This document shows, piece after piece, positions 55,374-64,000 of a DNA stretch of 64,000 nt. The position numbers and the translations under genes are program-made. The DNA is from an uncultured virus (IMG/VR IMGVR_UViG_3300006919_000002) (Duplodnaviria; Heunggongvirae; Uroviricota; Caudoviricetes): IMG/VR virus record IMGVR_UViG_3300006919_000002. One strand, written 5' to 3'. The stretch's first letter is position 1. The number at the start of each line of letters is the position of its first letter. The notes under the pieces were generated by a model. The model saw nothing but the letters and a program-made list of their open reading frames with translations, was not told the DNA's origin and searched no databases.

Positions 55374-55376
55374 ACC

Positions 55377-56078
55377 ATGACTCAAGTTACTTCTGTTAAC
55401 TTAGATGAGTTAAACATCATTGATTTATACAAGCATCATGCTGCCTTGGAGCACTCTCTTCCTTTGCTCACTGATGAATCTCGGCCAATGCTCCAGGCTG
55501 AACTGGAAGCTTGCCTTGAAACAAGATCAGAAAAAGTAGATCGCTTGTACTATGTCATGTCTAGTCATGAGCGTGACCTAGAGCAAATCAAAAAAGAAAA
55601 GGAAATGTTAGTAGCTGCACAAAAGCATGCTGAGTCTCAGATTAAACGCTGCAAACAGCTGCTAATATATCTACGAACGTTCTTGCCCAAAGACACCAAT
55701 CACATTACGGGCAAGAATTATCAGTTCACAATTGTTCGTAATCCTAAATTAACAATTGAAATCGAATCGGATCCGCTCCTTTGGTCAGTTGAAGACCAAC
55801 TTAAATTCTGCGCCATCGAAGAAGTTACCATTTCAAAGCGAACCGTGTTACGTTCAATGGAAGGAACAATCATCAATGATGATGAAGGTTCAGTCAAAAC
55901 AAAAACAACTACAATCCCAAACCTCAATGCAATCGAATTTGCCTATCAATCAAGTCAACCCCTACCCCAAGGGGTTAACGTCAGACAACAATATTCAGTC
56001 CGAACAAAACGAATTGTCTCACGGGACCTGGATATTCAAGCATCCGAATCTACATGTCTCGTTCTTCCAGAAGGTTGA
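55377..56078 (+). CDS. Siphovirus Gp157-like protein
   Basis: LETRSEKVD..Y coiled coil, FTIVRNP, LPQGVNV. Confidence 0.6.
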   Translation: MTQVTSVNLDELNIIDLYKHHAALEHSLPLLTDESRPMLQAELEACLETRSEKVDRLYYVMSSHERDLEQIKKEKEMLVAAQKHAESQIKRCKQLLIYLRTFLPKDTNHITGKNYQFTIVRNPKLTIEIESDPLLWSVEDQLKFCAIEEVTISKRTVLRSMEGTIINDDEGSVKTKTTTIPNLNAIEFAYQSSQPLPQGVNVRQQYSVRTKRIVSRDLDIQASESTCLVLPEG

Positions 56079-56361
56079 TCCTCCTGTTAACCTCAAGGAT
56101 GCCCAAATTAAAATGCATTGCCATGTTCAAACTGTAGAGGACATTGAGCTTCAGTTAGAAATTAATAAACTTGAAATTGAATTAACAGAAAAAGAATTAG
56201 AAGAAACAACTGACGACAAAATGACTGCGTACTTAGAAGATAAACTTGCAAAATTAGAAGAACATCGCTTACGTTTATACTGGGGCAAAAAACATCATGT
56301 CAATGCTCGCAATGCTTATTGGTATTATTTAGTTCAAGCAAACGAAGATTTAAACATTTAA
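55756..56361 (+). CDS. Coiled-coil hypothetical protein (true start probably near 56050-56113)
   Basis: ORF track; 5' part overlaps the previous gene. Confidence 0.55.
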   Translation: MKSNRIRSFGQLKTNLNSAPSKKLPFQSEPCYVQWKEQSSMMMKVQSKQKQLQSQTSMQSNLPINQVNPYPKGLTSDNNIQSEQNELSHGTWIFKHPNLHVSFFQKVDPPVNLKDAQIKMHCHVQTVEDIELQLEINKLEIELTEKELEETTDDKMTAYLEDKLAKLEEHRLRLYWGKKHHVNARNAYWYYLVQANEDLNI

Positions 56362-56395
56362 TATAAAGTATTGATATTTAACTATCAGGAGTCTC

Positions 56396-56650
56396 ATGTC
56401 TGACGAAAAGCTTACTCAATTATTTAGTAGGTTTAGTGGAGATGGGACTCCGTTACCTGCAATAGTTGGTAACAAATTAGAGTGGGGTGTCACTATTCTT
56501 ACTTCAGCAATGCTTGCCAATGAAAACCTTGCTAGTCAAATGACGGCAGAAGAAATGGTTGACGCTGCGATTAACTATTACAATGTTATTCAAGAACGGT
56601 TGGGGTACTATACACAAAACCAAACACATTCACTAGAAAAGCTTTTGTAA
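56396..56650 (+). CDS. Hypothetical protein
   Basis: CAGGAG RBS; ORF track. Confidence 0.7.
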   Translation: MSDEKLTQLFSRFSGDGTPLPAIVGNKLEWGVTILTSAMLANENLASQMTAEEMVDAAINYYNVIQERLGYYTQNQTHSLEKLL

Positions 56651-56679
56651 ATTAGAATAATAAAAAATTAAAAACAAAG

Positions 56680-57018
56680 ATGACTTTACTTAAGGGTAAT
56701 CCCAACAAGCGTGGTTTTTATCAAACATACGATACTTTAACAGCGCCAGCTGCTGGCAGTAGTATTGATGTTCATGTTTATGCACCTTCTACCTATTCTT
56801 TAGTTACGACTGTTGCTTCTATTGATACTAATGTATTTGTTCGGCTTCAAGGTTCAATGGATAATATTAACTGGGCAACTATTACAAGTGAAACCATTAC
56901 TGTAAATGGCACTCATCAATCAACAGGAACTGGTGCTTTTAAATACGTTAAACCCGAGTTTATTAGTGAAACAGGCGGAATAAATGCAACTGTTACATTT
57001 GGTGTTGGTGTTGTTTAA
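56680..57018 (+). CDS. Beta-rich hypothetical protein, possibly structural
   Basis: VRLQGSMDNINWATI; late-type TAGAAT upstream. Confidence 0.65.
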   Translation: MTLLKGNPNKRGFYQTYDTLTAPAAGSSIDVHVYAPSTYSLVTTVASIDTNVFVRLQGSMDNINWATITSETITVNGTHQSTGTGAFKYVKPEFISETGGINATVTFGVGVV

Positions 57019-57049
57019 TTTGGTTTATAATTAAACCATCTTAAAAACT

Positions 57050-57241
57050 TTGATGGACAAGTTAACTGTTTCCTTTGCAGTCGATTTAGAGCTTGACTAT
57101 AATTCATTTACTGGTAAAACTCCAGACGACATAGCTTATTCTCTCCAGGATGAGCTTGATGATTTGCTTTTTGAAGCTAGTCAAAATGTTGTTGGTGTGT
57201 TTACTTCTATTACCTATATTGAGCAAACTGATGCCGAATGA
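57050..57241 (+). CDS. Hypothetical protein
   Basis: ORF track. Confidence 0.6.
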   Translation: MMDKLTVSFAVDLELDYNSFTGKTPDDIAYSLQDELDDLLFEASQNVVGVFTSITYIEQTDAE

Positions 57242-57458
57242 TTTGACAGGCTGGAATGTTAAAGAAGAACAGCAGAAAGCTGACTTCCTTGAATATGTTT
57301 ATCATTGTTACAAACCAGGTAATGGTTTATACACTGGACTCTGGAAGCGTTTTTGTTTAGAAGAGGCAGGTCTTTATTGTCGCAATATGTATTTTGAAAG
57401 GATTGAGGGATTACAAAAATTTATTGAAGGACAAGAAAAGCAAGCAAAAGAGAGCTAG
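57231..57458 (+). CDS. Hypothetical protein
   Basis: MPNDLTGWNV...KADFLEYVY...GLYTGLW within track ORF 57150. Confidence 0.6.
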   Translation: MPNDLTGWNVKEEQQKADFLEYVYHCYKPGNGLYTGLWKRFCLEEAGLYCRNMYFERIEGLQKFIEGQEKQAKES

Positions 57459-57483
57459 CGTAACCTTGTGACAACTTCACTCA

Positions 57484-57795
57484 ATGACTTTCAAAAATTC
57501 TCAAGACTCTGACTGGTACACAGAAGAACATGACATCAATTCTTCAGCTAACCTTCCTTATGAAGTAGTTGAATTAAATGATCCAATCAGAGAAAAAATT
57601 AATGAAGAAAAAGAACAACTTAATCAAGCGCTTAAACAACAGCTTGTTGAGTATTTTTCTGATTGTTTTACCAGTACCCTTTCTCCTGAGGACATTGTTG
57701 ATTGCCTCCGTTCCTCCTGTAGTTCCTCCCTTGATTACGCCAAATCTGAATACGAAAAATATTCTTTTATTGCTAAACAACTGGGAATAGAATAA
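57484..57795 (+). CDS. Hypothetical protein
   Basis: ORF track. Confidence 0.65.
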   Translation: MTFKNSQDSDWYTEEHDINSSANLPYEVVELNDPIREKINEEKEQLNQALKQQLVEYFSDCFTSTLSPEDIVDCLRSSCSSSLDYAKSEYEKYSFIAKQLGIE

Positions 57796-57816
57796 ATAAA
57801 GTTATATATTAAAGAA

Positions 57817-59097
57817 GTGGCTAATGCTTTTGATCACGGTGGTTGTATTTATACTGTTCGTAAAGTTGAAACAATTAGTGGTCGCCCACTAGAAGTTACT
57901 ACTTCTCCTCTTACAACTGCTGTAGATGCCTTTGGTCGTCAAAGAGTATCTACAGTTTTTACTTTATTTGATTCTAAACATCGTTATTACGACAACGGGT
58001 CATGGGTAACGACCACTGGTGGTAGTGCAACTACTGCTTTTAATTCCAGTGGAGGTTTGATAGATTTAAATGTAACGACCGCATCAGGCGATAAAATTAT
58101 TCGTGAAACAAAAAAAGTATTTTCTTACCAGCCTGGTAAGTCTTTGCTCTCCCTAAATACTTTTGTTTTTAACTCTGGTGTTGCTAATAGACGACAGCGA
58201 GTTGGATACTTTAGTGTAGATAATGGTATTTATTTTGAACAAAGTGGTATTAGTGGCGTATCAATTGTTAAGCGCGATTCAGTTACAGGTGATGTAAGAA
58301 ATACAATTGTTAATCAAGAAGATTGGAATATTGATCCTCTTGATGGAACAGGTCGTTCTTCTATTACTTTGGATCCCACCAAGGCTCAGGTCTTTTGGTC
58401 TGATATGGAATGGCTAGGTGTTGGTACTGTTAGAGTTGGTTTTATTATTGATGGTAAAAAAATTCATTGTCATTCTTTTCAGAATGCAAATCAAATTGAA
58501 TCAACCTACATGACTACGGCATCATTGCCTATTCGTTATGAGATTGAAAACTTAGATACTACAACTGTAACTGGACAGATGAAACAAATCTGTTCTACTG
58601 TAATTTCAGAAGGTGGATATCAATTACAAGGTCAATCAAAAGCAATTGGTTTACATCCATCTCAACCAAAAGATTTGCCAACGACGGGTGATCTTCATTC
58701 TATTATCTCATTGCGTCTTAAATCTGCTAGACCAGATGCTGTTGTAGTACTTAATCATTTATCTCTTGCTGGTATTACCAACAACGTAAACTATCGTTAT
58801 CATATTGAAAGAGCTGGTACTTCTCTTGGTGGTACTTGGGTATCTGCTGGTGATGATTCTTCTGTTGAATACAACATCACTGCAACTGGATACACAGAAG
58901 GTGAAAATTTATTAGAAGGCTATGCAGCTGGTTCCAACCAGGGAAATGTTGTAGTTGATATTCCACAAAGTGAAGTCTTTAAATATCAGTTATGCAGAAA
59001 TTCAGAAGCTGGTACAATGTATGAATTAACTCTTGCAGCAGAATCAGATACTGCTGGTGCTGATATACTAGCTACAATTACTTGGGAGGAAGTTTGA
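57817..59097 (+). CDS. Beta-rich phage protein, possibly virion structural
   Basis: DAFGRQRVS..FTLFDS, YQPGKS, EWLGVGTVRVGF; late-type TAGAAT upstream. Confidence 0.7.
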   Translation: MANAFDHGGCIYTVRKVETISGRPLEVTTSPLTTAVDAFGRQRVSTVFTLFDSKHRYYDNGSWVTTTGGSATTAFNSSGGLIDLNVTTASGDKIIRETKKVFSYQPGKSLLSLNTFVFNSGVANRRQRVGYFSVDNGIYFEQSGISGVSIVKRDSVTGDVRNTIVNQEDWNIDPLDGTGRSSITLDPTKAQVFWSDMEWLGVGTVRVGFIIDGKKIHCHSFQNANQIESTYMTTASLPIRYEIENLDTTTVTGQMKQICSTVISEGGYQLQGQSKAIGLHPSQPKDLPTTGDLHSIISLRLKSARPDAVVVLNHLSLAGITNNVNYRYHIERAGTSLGGTWVSAGDDSSVEYNITATGYTEGENLLEGYAAGSNQGNVVVDIPQSEVFKYQLCRNSEAGTMYELTLAAESDTAGADILATITWEEV

Positions 59098-59603
59098 TGT
59101 ACACACCTTATACAGAATCACCGGAAGAACAAACACCTGAACCTAAGAAGAAAGAAACTAATATTAATAATTTTATTAGAGATCTGATTAAACTCTCTGC
59201 TTATGTTCACCAGCTTCAGGTTCAATCTCATCTGATGCATTTTAATTATGAAGCTGGTAACTTCTTGGGTGTGCATGCGTTCCTTAAAGACCAATACGAA
59301 GCACATACAGAACAATTTGATAAGCTAGGAGAATTTATTCGCTCCATGGATTACCTTATGCCTATATGCCATGAAGGTTTGATGGATGCTTCTCCTAAAT
59401 TTAACCATGTAAAAAGTTATAAGCCCAACGATATGTTGGGCGTTTACTATAAAAACTTAGAAGACCTTGGCATGATGACCAAAAAGTTGGAACAGCAAGC
59501 TGCTAAAGTTAAAGCAATTGATGTTCAAAACTACATGGCTGAGCTTTGTGGTGAAGCATTTAAAGCTGCTTGGTTTATTAAAGCTATGCTTCGTAGTGAA
59601 TAA
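59097..59603 (+). CDS. Dps/ferritin-like protein
   Basis: SHLMHFNYEAGNFLGVHAFLKDQYE...FDKLGEFIR resembles the Dps ferroxidase helices; TGATG coupling. Confidence 0.75.
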   Translation: MYTPYTESPEEQTPEPKKKETNINNFIRDLIKLSAYVHQLQVQSHLMHFNYEAGNFLGVHAFLKDQYEAHTEQFDKLGEFIRSMDYLMPICHEGLMDASPKFNHVKSYKPNDMLGVYYKNLEDLGMMTKKLEQQAAKVKAIDVQNYMAELCGEAFKAAWFIKAMLRSE

Positions 59604-59838
59604 TTCTATGACAGTTGCAACACAAAGGAATACATTTCTGAATTTCATTTAATATAGTCTGCCAGCTATAACCTTTGGCTGGCATTCTTGAAACAGTATA
59701 TTTTTTATCGTTTAAATGATGAAACTCCAAGACTCTATGATCTTGGAGTCCACAATGACTGCATGATAAGTTTTTCTTATACTCTAATAGTTTATTCTTT
59801 GTTTTCTTGTATTTCTTTTCTGTTTTCTCTAAACACAT
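59584..59838 (-). CDS. HNH endonuclease-like protein
   Basis: CSHCG...LEFHH...KCIPLCCNCHRIIH. Confidence 0.8.
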   Translation of the reverse strand: MCLEKTEKKYKKTKNKLLEYKKNLSCSHCGLQDHRVLEFHHLNDKKYTVSRMPAKGYSWQTILNEIQKCIPLCCNCHRIIHYEA

Positions 59839-59965
59839 GTTCTAATGGATCTCTTTTAGTTTCAATAATAGAGCAAGCTCTTTTATAAAACATGCAATCT
59901 GTTTTATTTGCTTCCTCCAGGGCTATCTTGATCTTTTTCCAATTGTCGAATGTGTGTTGATCCAT
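59792..59965 (-). CDS. Cyanophage-type hypothetical protein
   Basis: MDQHTFDNWKKIK...MFYKRA...RDPL. Confidence 0.7.
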   Translation of the reverse strand: MDQHTFDNWKKIKIALEEANKTDCMFYKRACSIIETKRDPLEHVFRENRKEIQENKE

Positions 59966-60629
59966 TTTCTTGTGGAGTCCTCCAAAAGTAGTCGTCTGTT
60001 TCACCGAGCCGACCCCATTTAGGAGCATGCTCTACATTAAAATAGCGTGTTGAAACTTTGAAATCAGGGTTCTTTAATTCATTATGAGTAAGAGAAGGAT
60101 CCAACATACGACAACGGTTGTTTGGATAAGCTCCGATTTGTCCATTTTCTAATTCAATAATGTTGTGAGATTTGTGTTCATCAGGTACTTCTGAAAAATA
60201 AAAATCAGCCTCGTTTCTATGAGGATGATAGTTATCTATTGTAAATAAATACGTTCCTTTTAATGTACCAGATGATCTGGTCATTACTTCAAACTCCATA
60301 TTATAAATTAAATTCTTTTCTACAACAGTAATTCCAGTATCGAATCCATTCCAAAACTGTAGATCCGTTAACGGGAGATCAGGAGTAGGATCCACGGGGC
60401 AGTCGGGATGGTCACTATCCCAAGCAAGAAAAGCACTAATAGGAAGTTTGTCATAAAGCGCACCATACTCAGTTAAATATGTTTCAAAATAAAGGGCACG
60501 TCCTGTCAAAGACTTACAAGTAACCCAGTATCCTGGTGTATAGTCACCATGGCCATCACGAAAATCTCTTAAATATTCTCGTCTGACCCACACTTTAATT
60601 GGAGGTACGTTTGCAATCAGAGTACTCAT
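59904..60629 (-). CDS. Phage hypothetical protein
   Basis: MSTLIANVPPIKVWVRREYL...YLFTID...EHKS...PNNR; track start 60743. Confidence 0.75.
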   Translation of the reverse strand: MSTLIANVPPIKVWVRREYLRDFRDGHGDYTPGYWVTCKSLTGRALYFETYLTEYGALYDKLPISAFLAWDSDHPDCPVDPTPDLPLTDLQFWNGFDTGITVVEKNLIYNMEFEVMTRSSGTLKGTYLFTIDNYHPHRNEADFYFSEVPDEHKSHNIIELENGQIGAYPNNRCRMLDPSLTHNELKNPDFKVSTRYFNVEHAPKWGRLGETDDYFWRTPQENGSTHIRQLEKDQDSPGGSK

Positions 60630-60705
60630 GTCGTCTACAAAAATAAAGTCAGGTTCAGGAATTAAATTTTCTAGGTCTTTAAAAAACTTGTCAAACCTTT
60701 CCTGT

Positions 60706-60915
60706 TCATTCGACTTCTTTGTATTCTCCTCTTCGCATTCCATCTAAATGACTCATTAGTTCATCCATAGAATCTAACTGATCTAACTTATGAACAATGT
60801 CTGAAAGAGAAACTAAAACAATCGGATGTTCTGAACGAGCCGCAAAAGCAATTGCTTCGCGCAATAACTTAGAAGCTTCGGTAACAGAATCTTTTACTTG
60901 TGTAGATAAACTCAT
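60706..60915 (-). CDS. Cyanophage-type hypothetical protein
   Basis: MSLSTQVKDSVTEASKLLREAIAFAARSEHP. Confidence 0.7.
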   Translation of the reverse strand: MSLSTQVKDSVTEASKLLREAIAFAARSEHPIVLVSLSDIVHKLDQLDSMDELMSHLDGMRRGEYKEVE

Positions 60916-61075
60916 CTGAGACTCTTTAACCACTAACATGAATGCATACTACATGATTTATTTAATCATTGCATGGATTTATTTTTTATGCTTGTGGGGA
61001 ATGCCGGACTTTTTGTTCGGCCATAACAACCCTTGCATGCAATAAAAGATTGATTTAATTTTTTCGCACAATAAA

Positions 61076-61660
61076 TTAAATTGAATCATCCCAAATCCAA
61101 GCAACTTGATAGCTATCTAAAAATGGTTTAATTCCTAAAGAATCCATGACTTCATAAATTAAACGGCCTTTACCAAGTCTAATGTCATTTTGAGAAATAT
61201 TGTCATCAACAACAATAAGAGTACCGTTTTTTAAGCAATTGCGTACTGCAAATAATTCTTTGAGATGGTGTGCAGAAGCAGGCCAATCAAATTTCCAATT
61301 TTCAATGTTATAAGAATCTAAGTAAAGCAAGTCAATTTCACCATCAAGTGCTGAAAGAAATTCAATAGAATCAGATTCGGTAACCTTAGCATGTTTTGTA
61401 TTTTTTCTAGTTAATTCACATGCCTTGGGATCAATATCTACGCTATAAAAAAATCCACCATTGAAATCAATGTAAGAATCAAATAAAAGTGTTGAACATC
61501 CATCACCTTCATAATTATTTTCTTCTCTATAGCAACCTGTTTCAACAATAATAGGGTTTTCAATTGTATCTAAATAATTAAAAATTTTTTCAAATCCTTC
61601 TTTTCTATTAGCAAGGCGAGTCTTTATTGTATTGAAATACTTATTCCAAGAGTCTGCCAT
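61076..61660 (-). CDS. Class I SAM-dependent methyltransferase (Methyltransf_24-like)
   Basis: IVETG, SVDID, DLLYLDS, LIVVDD. Confidence 0.8.
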   Translation of the reverse strand: MADSWNKYFNTIKTRLANRKEGFEKIFNYLDTIENPIIVETGCYREENNYEGDGCSTLLFDSYIDFNGGFFYSVDIDPKACELTRKNTKHAKVTESDSIEFLSALDGEIDLLYLDSYNIENWKFDWPASAHHLKELFAVRNCLKNGTLIVVDDNISQNDIRLGKGRLIYEVMDSLGIKPFLDSYQVAWIWDDSI

Positions 61661-61750
61661 TTATCTAACGAAATGTAGATATAAGTCTACAGCACTTACA
61701 AAAAAAATGGAGCCAAGGATAACGGCAATGGCGTTTGTAAAACCTGTCAT
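61661..61750 (-). CDS. Small membrane peptide (29 aa)
   Basis: Read manually: MTGFTNAIAVILGSIFFVSAVDLYLHFVR; stop abuts the next ATG. Confidence 0.45.
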   Translation of the reverse strand: MTGFTNAIAVILGSIFFVSAVDLYLHFVR

Positions 61751-61792
61751 TTTTTTAAAATCAGTTAAGATAATACTAATATACACACCCAA

Positions 61793-62593
61793 ATGAAAAA
61801 GCTAAAAGAATTAAATAGATCTGCTGCACGTATCACATTAAATGGTAGGCGTCATTACACAACACCACTTGCTACCGGCCCAGCTCCATCAGTTACTACA
61901 ATTATTTCTGAGACAGCTTCAGAAGCAAACAAAAGAAAATTAGAGATGTGGTCTAAGGCCAACCCTGGACAAAAAGAACTAGCAGCTCATCGAGGAACTT
62001 GTATCCACTATGGAATGGAACAATATCTTAAAGGCAATAAGAATCCAGAAATTGAAACGGAGTACCAGGAATTTTGGCAGGGTATGCCGGCTGTACTTGA
62101 CCAGTTTCAAGAAGTACTATGGGCTGAGACCCCAGTTTTGGAAAAGTTCAATTTCACTATCGGTGGTGATGACGTTGCTCGTGTATGGGGCAGTGATGAC
62201 GAGGGACGTTCGTGGGCTGGCGCTCCTGATATTATTGCAGTTGCTAACAATAAACTTACTCTTGCTGACCTCAAAACATCAGTAAAACCTTATTCAAGAC
62301 GTTGGCCAAAAGATGTAGAAAAAGGTTCACAAGAATGGCGTGACTTATTAGGTGGTCACATGAAGTTTAAAAAAACATGTAAACAATTGGCAGCATACGA
62401 TATCGCCATCCAACAAACGCTAGGGATCACAGTAGATCAGGCTGCAATTCTTGTTTCAACGCCATTAAGAACACAAATATTTAAAATATCAAGACGATTC
62501 TTAGACATCTTACATAAAGACTGGCTCAAGATTGTCGAAGAGTATTACAAACAAATTGAAAACTGTAATGTTTATGATCCTGATCTAATTTAA
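61793..62593 (+). CDS. PD-(D/E)XK exonuclease (RecB/Cas4-like superfamily)
   Basis: PSVTTII, RGTCIH, AGAPD, ADLKTS, QLAAY. Confidence 0.85.
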   Translation: MKKLKELNRSAARITLNGRRHYTTPLATGPAPSVTTIISETASEANKRKLEMWSKANPGQKELAAHRGTCIHYGMEQYLKGNKNPEIETEYQEFWQGMPAVLDQFQEVLWAETPVLEKFNFTIGGDDVARVWGSDDEGRSWAGAPDIIAVANNKLTLADLKTSVKPYSRRWPKDVEKGSQEWRDLLGGHMKFKKTCKQLAAYDIAIQQTLGITVDQAAILVSTPLRTQIFKISRRFLDILHKDWLKIVEEYYKQIENCNVYDPDLI

Positions 62594-62744
62594 AAATGCC
62601 AAGAATAAATGCCAACTTTAGCTTTCAGCCCATAAAACAGGTTTAGATTGGCATTGCCCAAACCCCAGGTACCCCATGTTTTTTGTAAAAAAACTGAAAC
62701 AAATACCTAGCTATTTTTTAAACACCTGGCTATAGGATAAAGAG

Positions 62745-62984
62745 ATGTTTGCAATAGTCCCCATGGAAATCGAAATTTCTAGTGGGGAATGGATTTGTGC
62801 TTTGTTAAAAAGAATCGAAGAAGCTTCTGATGGTTCAATTTTTTTATTGCCTTCCGAAATGCATCTTCACGCTTTCTATGTTGCACTAGAATTATTAGCA
62901 ACTAATAAAAAATTTACTACTCGACTCTTTTCTTCCCAGGAATTTCATGACCAACCAGAACCAACAAGCACTCAAGCCAGGTGA
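62745..62984 (+). CDS. Hypothetical protein
   Basis: ORF track. Confidence 0.5.
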   Translation: MFAIVPMEIEISSGEWICALLKRIEEASDGSIFLLPSEMHLHAFYVALELLATNKKFTTRLFSSQEFHDQPEPTSTQAR

Positions 62985-64000
62985 AATTAGACTCGATTTT
63001 ATTCCTATTGATTTGCCATTAACTCCTTTAGGTAGTCATAAAGATCCTTATATCATAGGTTGGCAAAACAAACCATTTACAAAAGATGAAATCGAAGTAG
63101 AACTTTTATCAGGTCGTTGCAAAGCAGTTGGTCTTATGTCAGGCCCTGTTTACAACAAACCCTACGGTTTGGTTTGGGTGGATGTTGATGGATCTAGTGT
63201 TTATTCATTAGTTACTGATTTAGCAAAACAAAAAGATTTCGACAAAGCATTACCACCAACTTTAACTATTTGCAGTGGTAAGCCGGGCCGTGAAAGAAAA
63301 TTATATAAAGTTTCTAGAGATCAACAAAAAGTTTTTACTAGAAATAAATACGTCTGGTACGCAAACGAAAGCAAAGAAAAACTAGAAGTTCTTTGGTCCC
63401 GCCACCAGGGGGTGTTGATGGGTTTACATCCAGAAACTGATGGTTATTACACAGCTTCTGAAATGGGATTTGAATTAATAAACTCTTTGCCTGATCTTCC
63501 CGAATGGTTATACGCAGCTATTACAAATAAAAATGTTAAGCAAGGTGTTCCCGCTAAACAAATCACACGTCATATTGGTCCAACATTTGCTGTTAATTGT
63601 GAAATTGGTTTAGAAAAAGACATACAAGATGCTATTCAGGCCATGTGGGAAGTGGTCTCTGTTGGTGTTGATGATTATGACATCTGGATTGCTGTTGGCC
63701 AAAGTTTGCATAGTGTTGACGATAGCCTTTTAGACGTATGGGACGAGTGGTCAAAACAATCTGATAAATATAAAGAAGGTGAATGTTATAAAAAATGGAT
63801 ATCTTTTGAAAAAGGTAATGGTAGAACATTAAAAACAATATTCCATTACGCAAAAGAATTTGGAGGCTGGAAGCCGCCACAAGATTATAAAGCTCTGCCC
63901 ATTGATGACAAAGATCTTGATCGTTTATCTAAATTATCTGACATGGCTGAAGTATTAGAACAAGTTCATCTTGAAGAAAATAATCTTAAGGTCACCAGTA
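62947..64000 (+). CDS. Bifunctional primase-polymerase with PriCT-2 domain, runs off the window edge (absent from ORF track)
   Basis: Read manually: MTNQNQQALKPGEIRL...KDPYIIGWQ...VGLMSG...VWVDVDG...GLHPET...DDYDIWIAVGQSLH...WDEWSKQSDKY. Confidence 0.85.
   Translation, partial: MTNQNQQALKPGEIRLDFIPIDLPLTPLGSHKDPYIIGWQNKPFTKDEIEVELLSGRCKAVGLMSGPVYNKPYGLVWVDVDGSSVYSLVTDLAKQKDFDKALPPTLTICSGKPGRERKLYKVSRDQQKVFTRNKYVWYANESKEKLEVLWSRHQGVLMGLHPETDGYYTASEMGFELINSLPDLPEWLYAAITNKNVKQGVPAKQITRHIGPTFAVNCEIGLEKDIQDAIQAMWEVVSVGVDDYDIWIAVGQSLHSVDDSLLDVWDEWSKQSDKYKEGECYKKWISFEKGNGRTLKTIFHYAKEFGGWKPPQDYKALPIDDKDLDRLSKLSDMAEVLEQVHLEENNLKVTS

Noticed and set aside
61793..62593. Cas4 as evidence of a CRISPR system
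   Set aside because: No four-Cys Fe-S pattern, no array; ordinary phage PD-(D/E)XK nuclease

Overview
64 kb of an AT-rich tailed dsDNA phage genome, very probably a lytic cyanophage. The host inference rests on NblA-like, DUF4278-like and several cyanophage-type small genes; the gene content recalls the S-EIV1-like lineage from memory and needs a search to confirm. The left arm (mostly minus strand, ~1-38.6 kb) is morphogenesis/lysis: tail fibre, GH24 lysozyme, SLT protein, major capsid, scaffold, portal, terminase large subunit and a block of Gly/Ala-rich putative internal virion proteins. It also holds a small plus-strand block with dcd. The right arm (mostly plus strand, ~39.3-64 kb) is early/replication: many tiny ORFs, ThyX, T7-like family A DNA polymerase, SSB, Dps-like protein, PD-(D/E)XK nuclease, primase-polymerase and three tRNAs. 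The most striking unexplained signal is RNA-level. Five tRNA-mimic elements (acceptor plus T-arm), each followed by an H-type pseudoknot and then a gene, sit in the early region. Two further covarying pseudoknot families precede about ten more genes, one of them at the same spacing behind the real tRNA-Arg. This suggests a tRNA-punctuation plus 5'-pseudoknot-protection system for phage mRNA. Other leads: a 623-nt portal/scaffold overlap, a recurrent AG[KR][FY] motif in virion proteins, a catalytically dead integrase, and an NtcA box in front of a DUF4278-like gene. All family assignments are by eye from motifs, without database searches.
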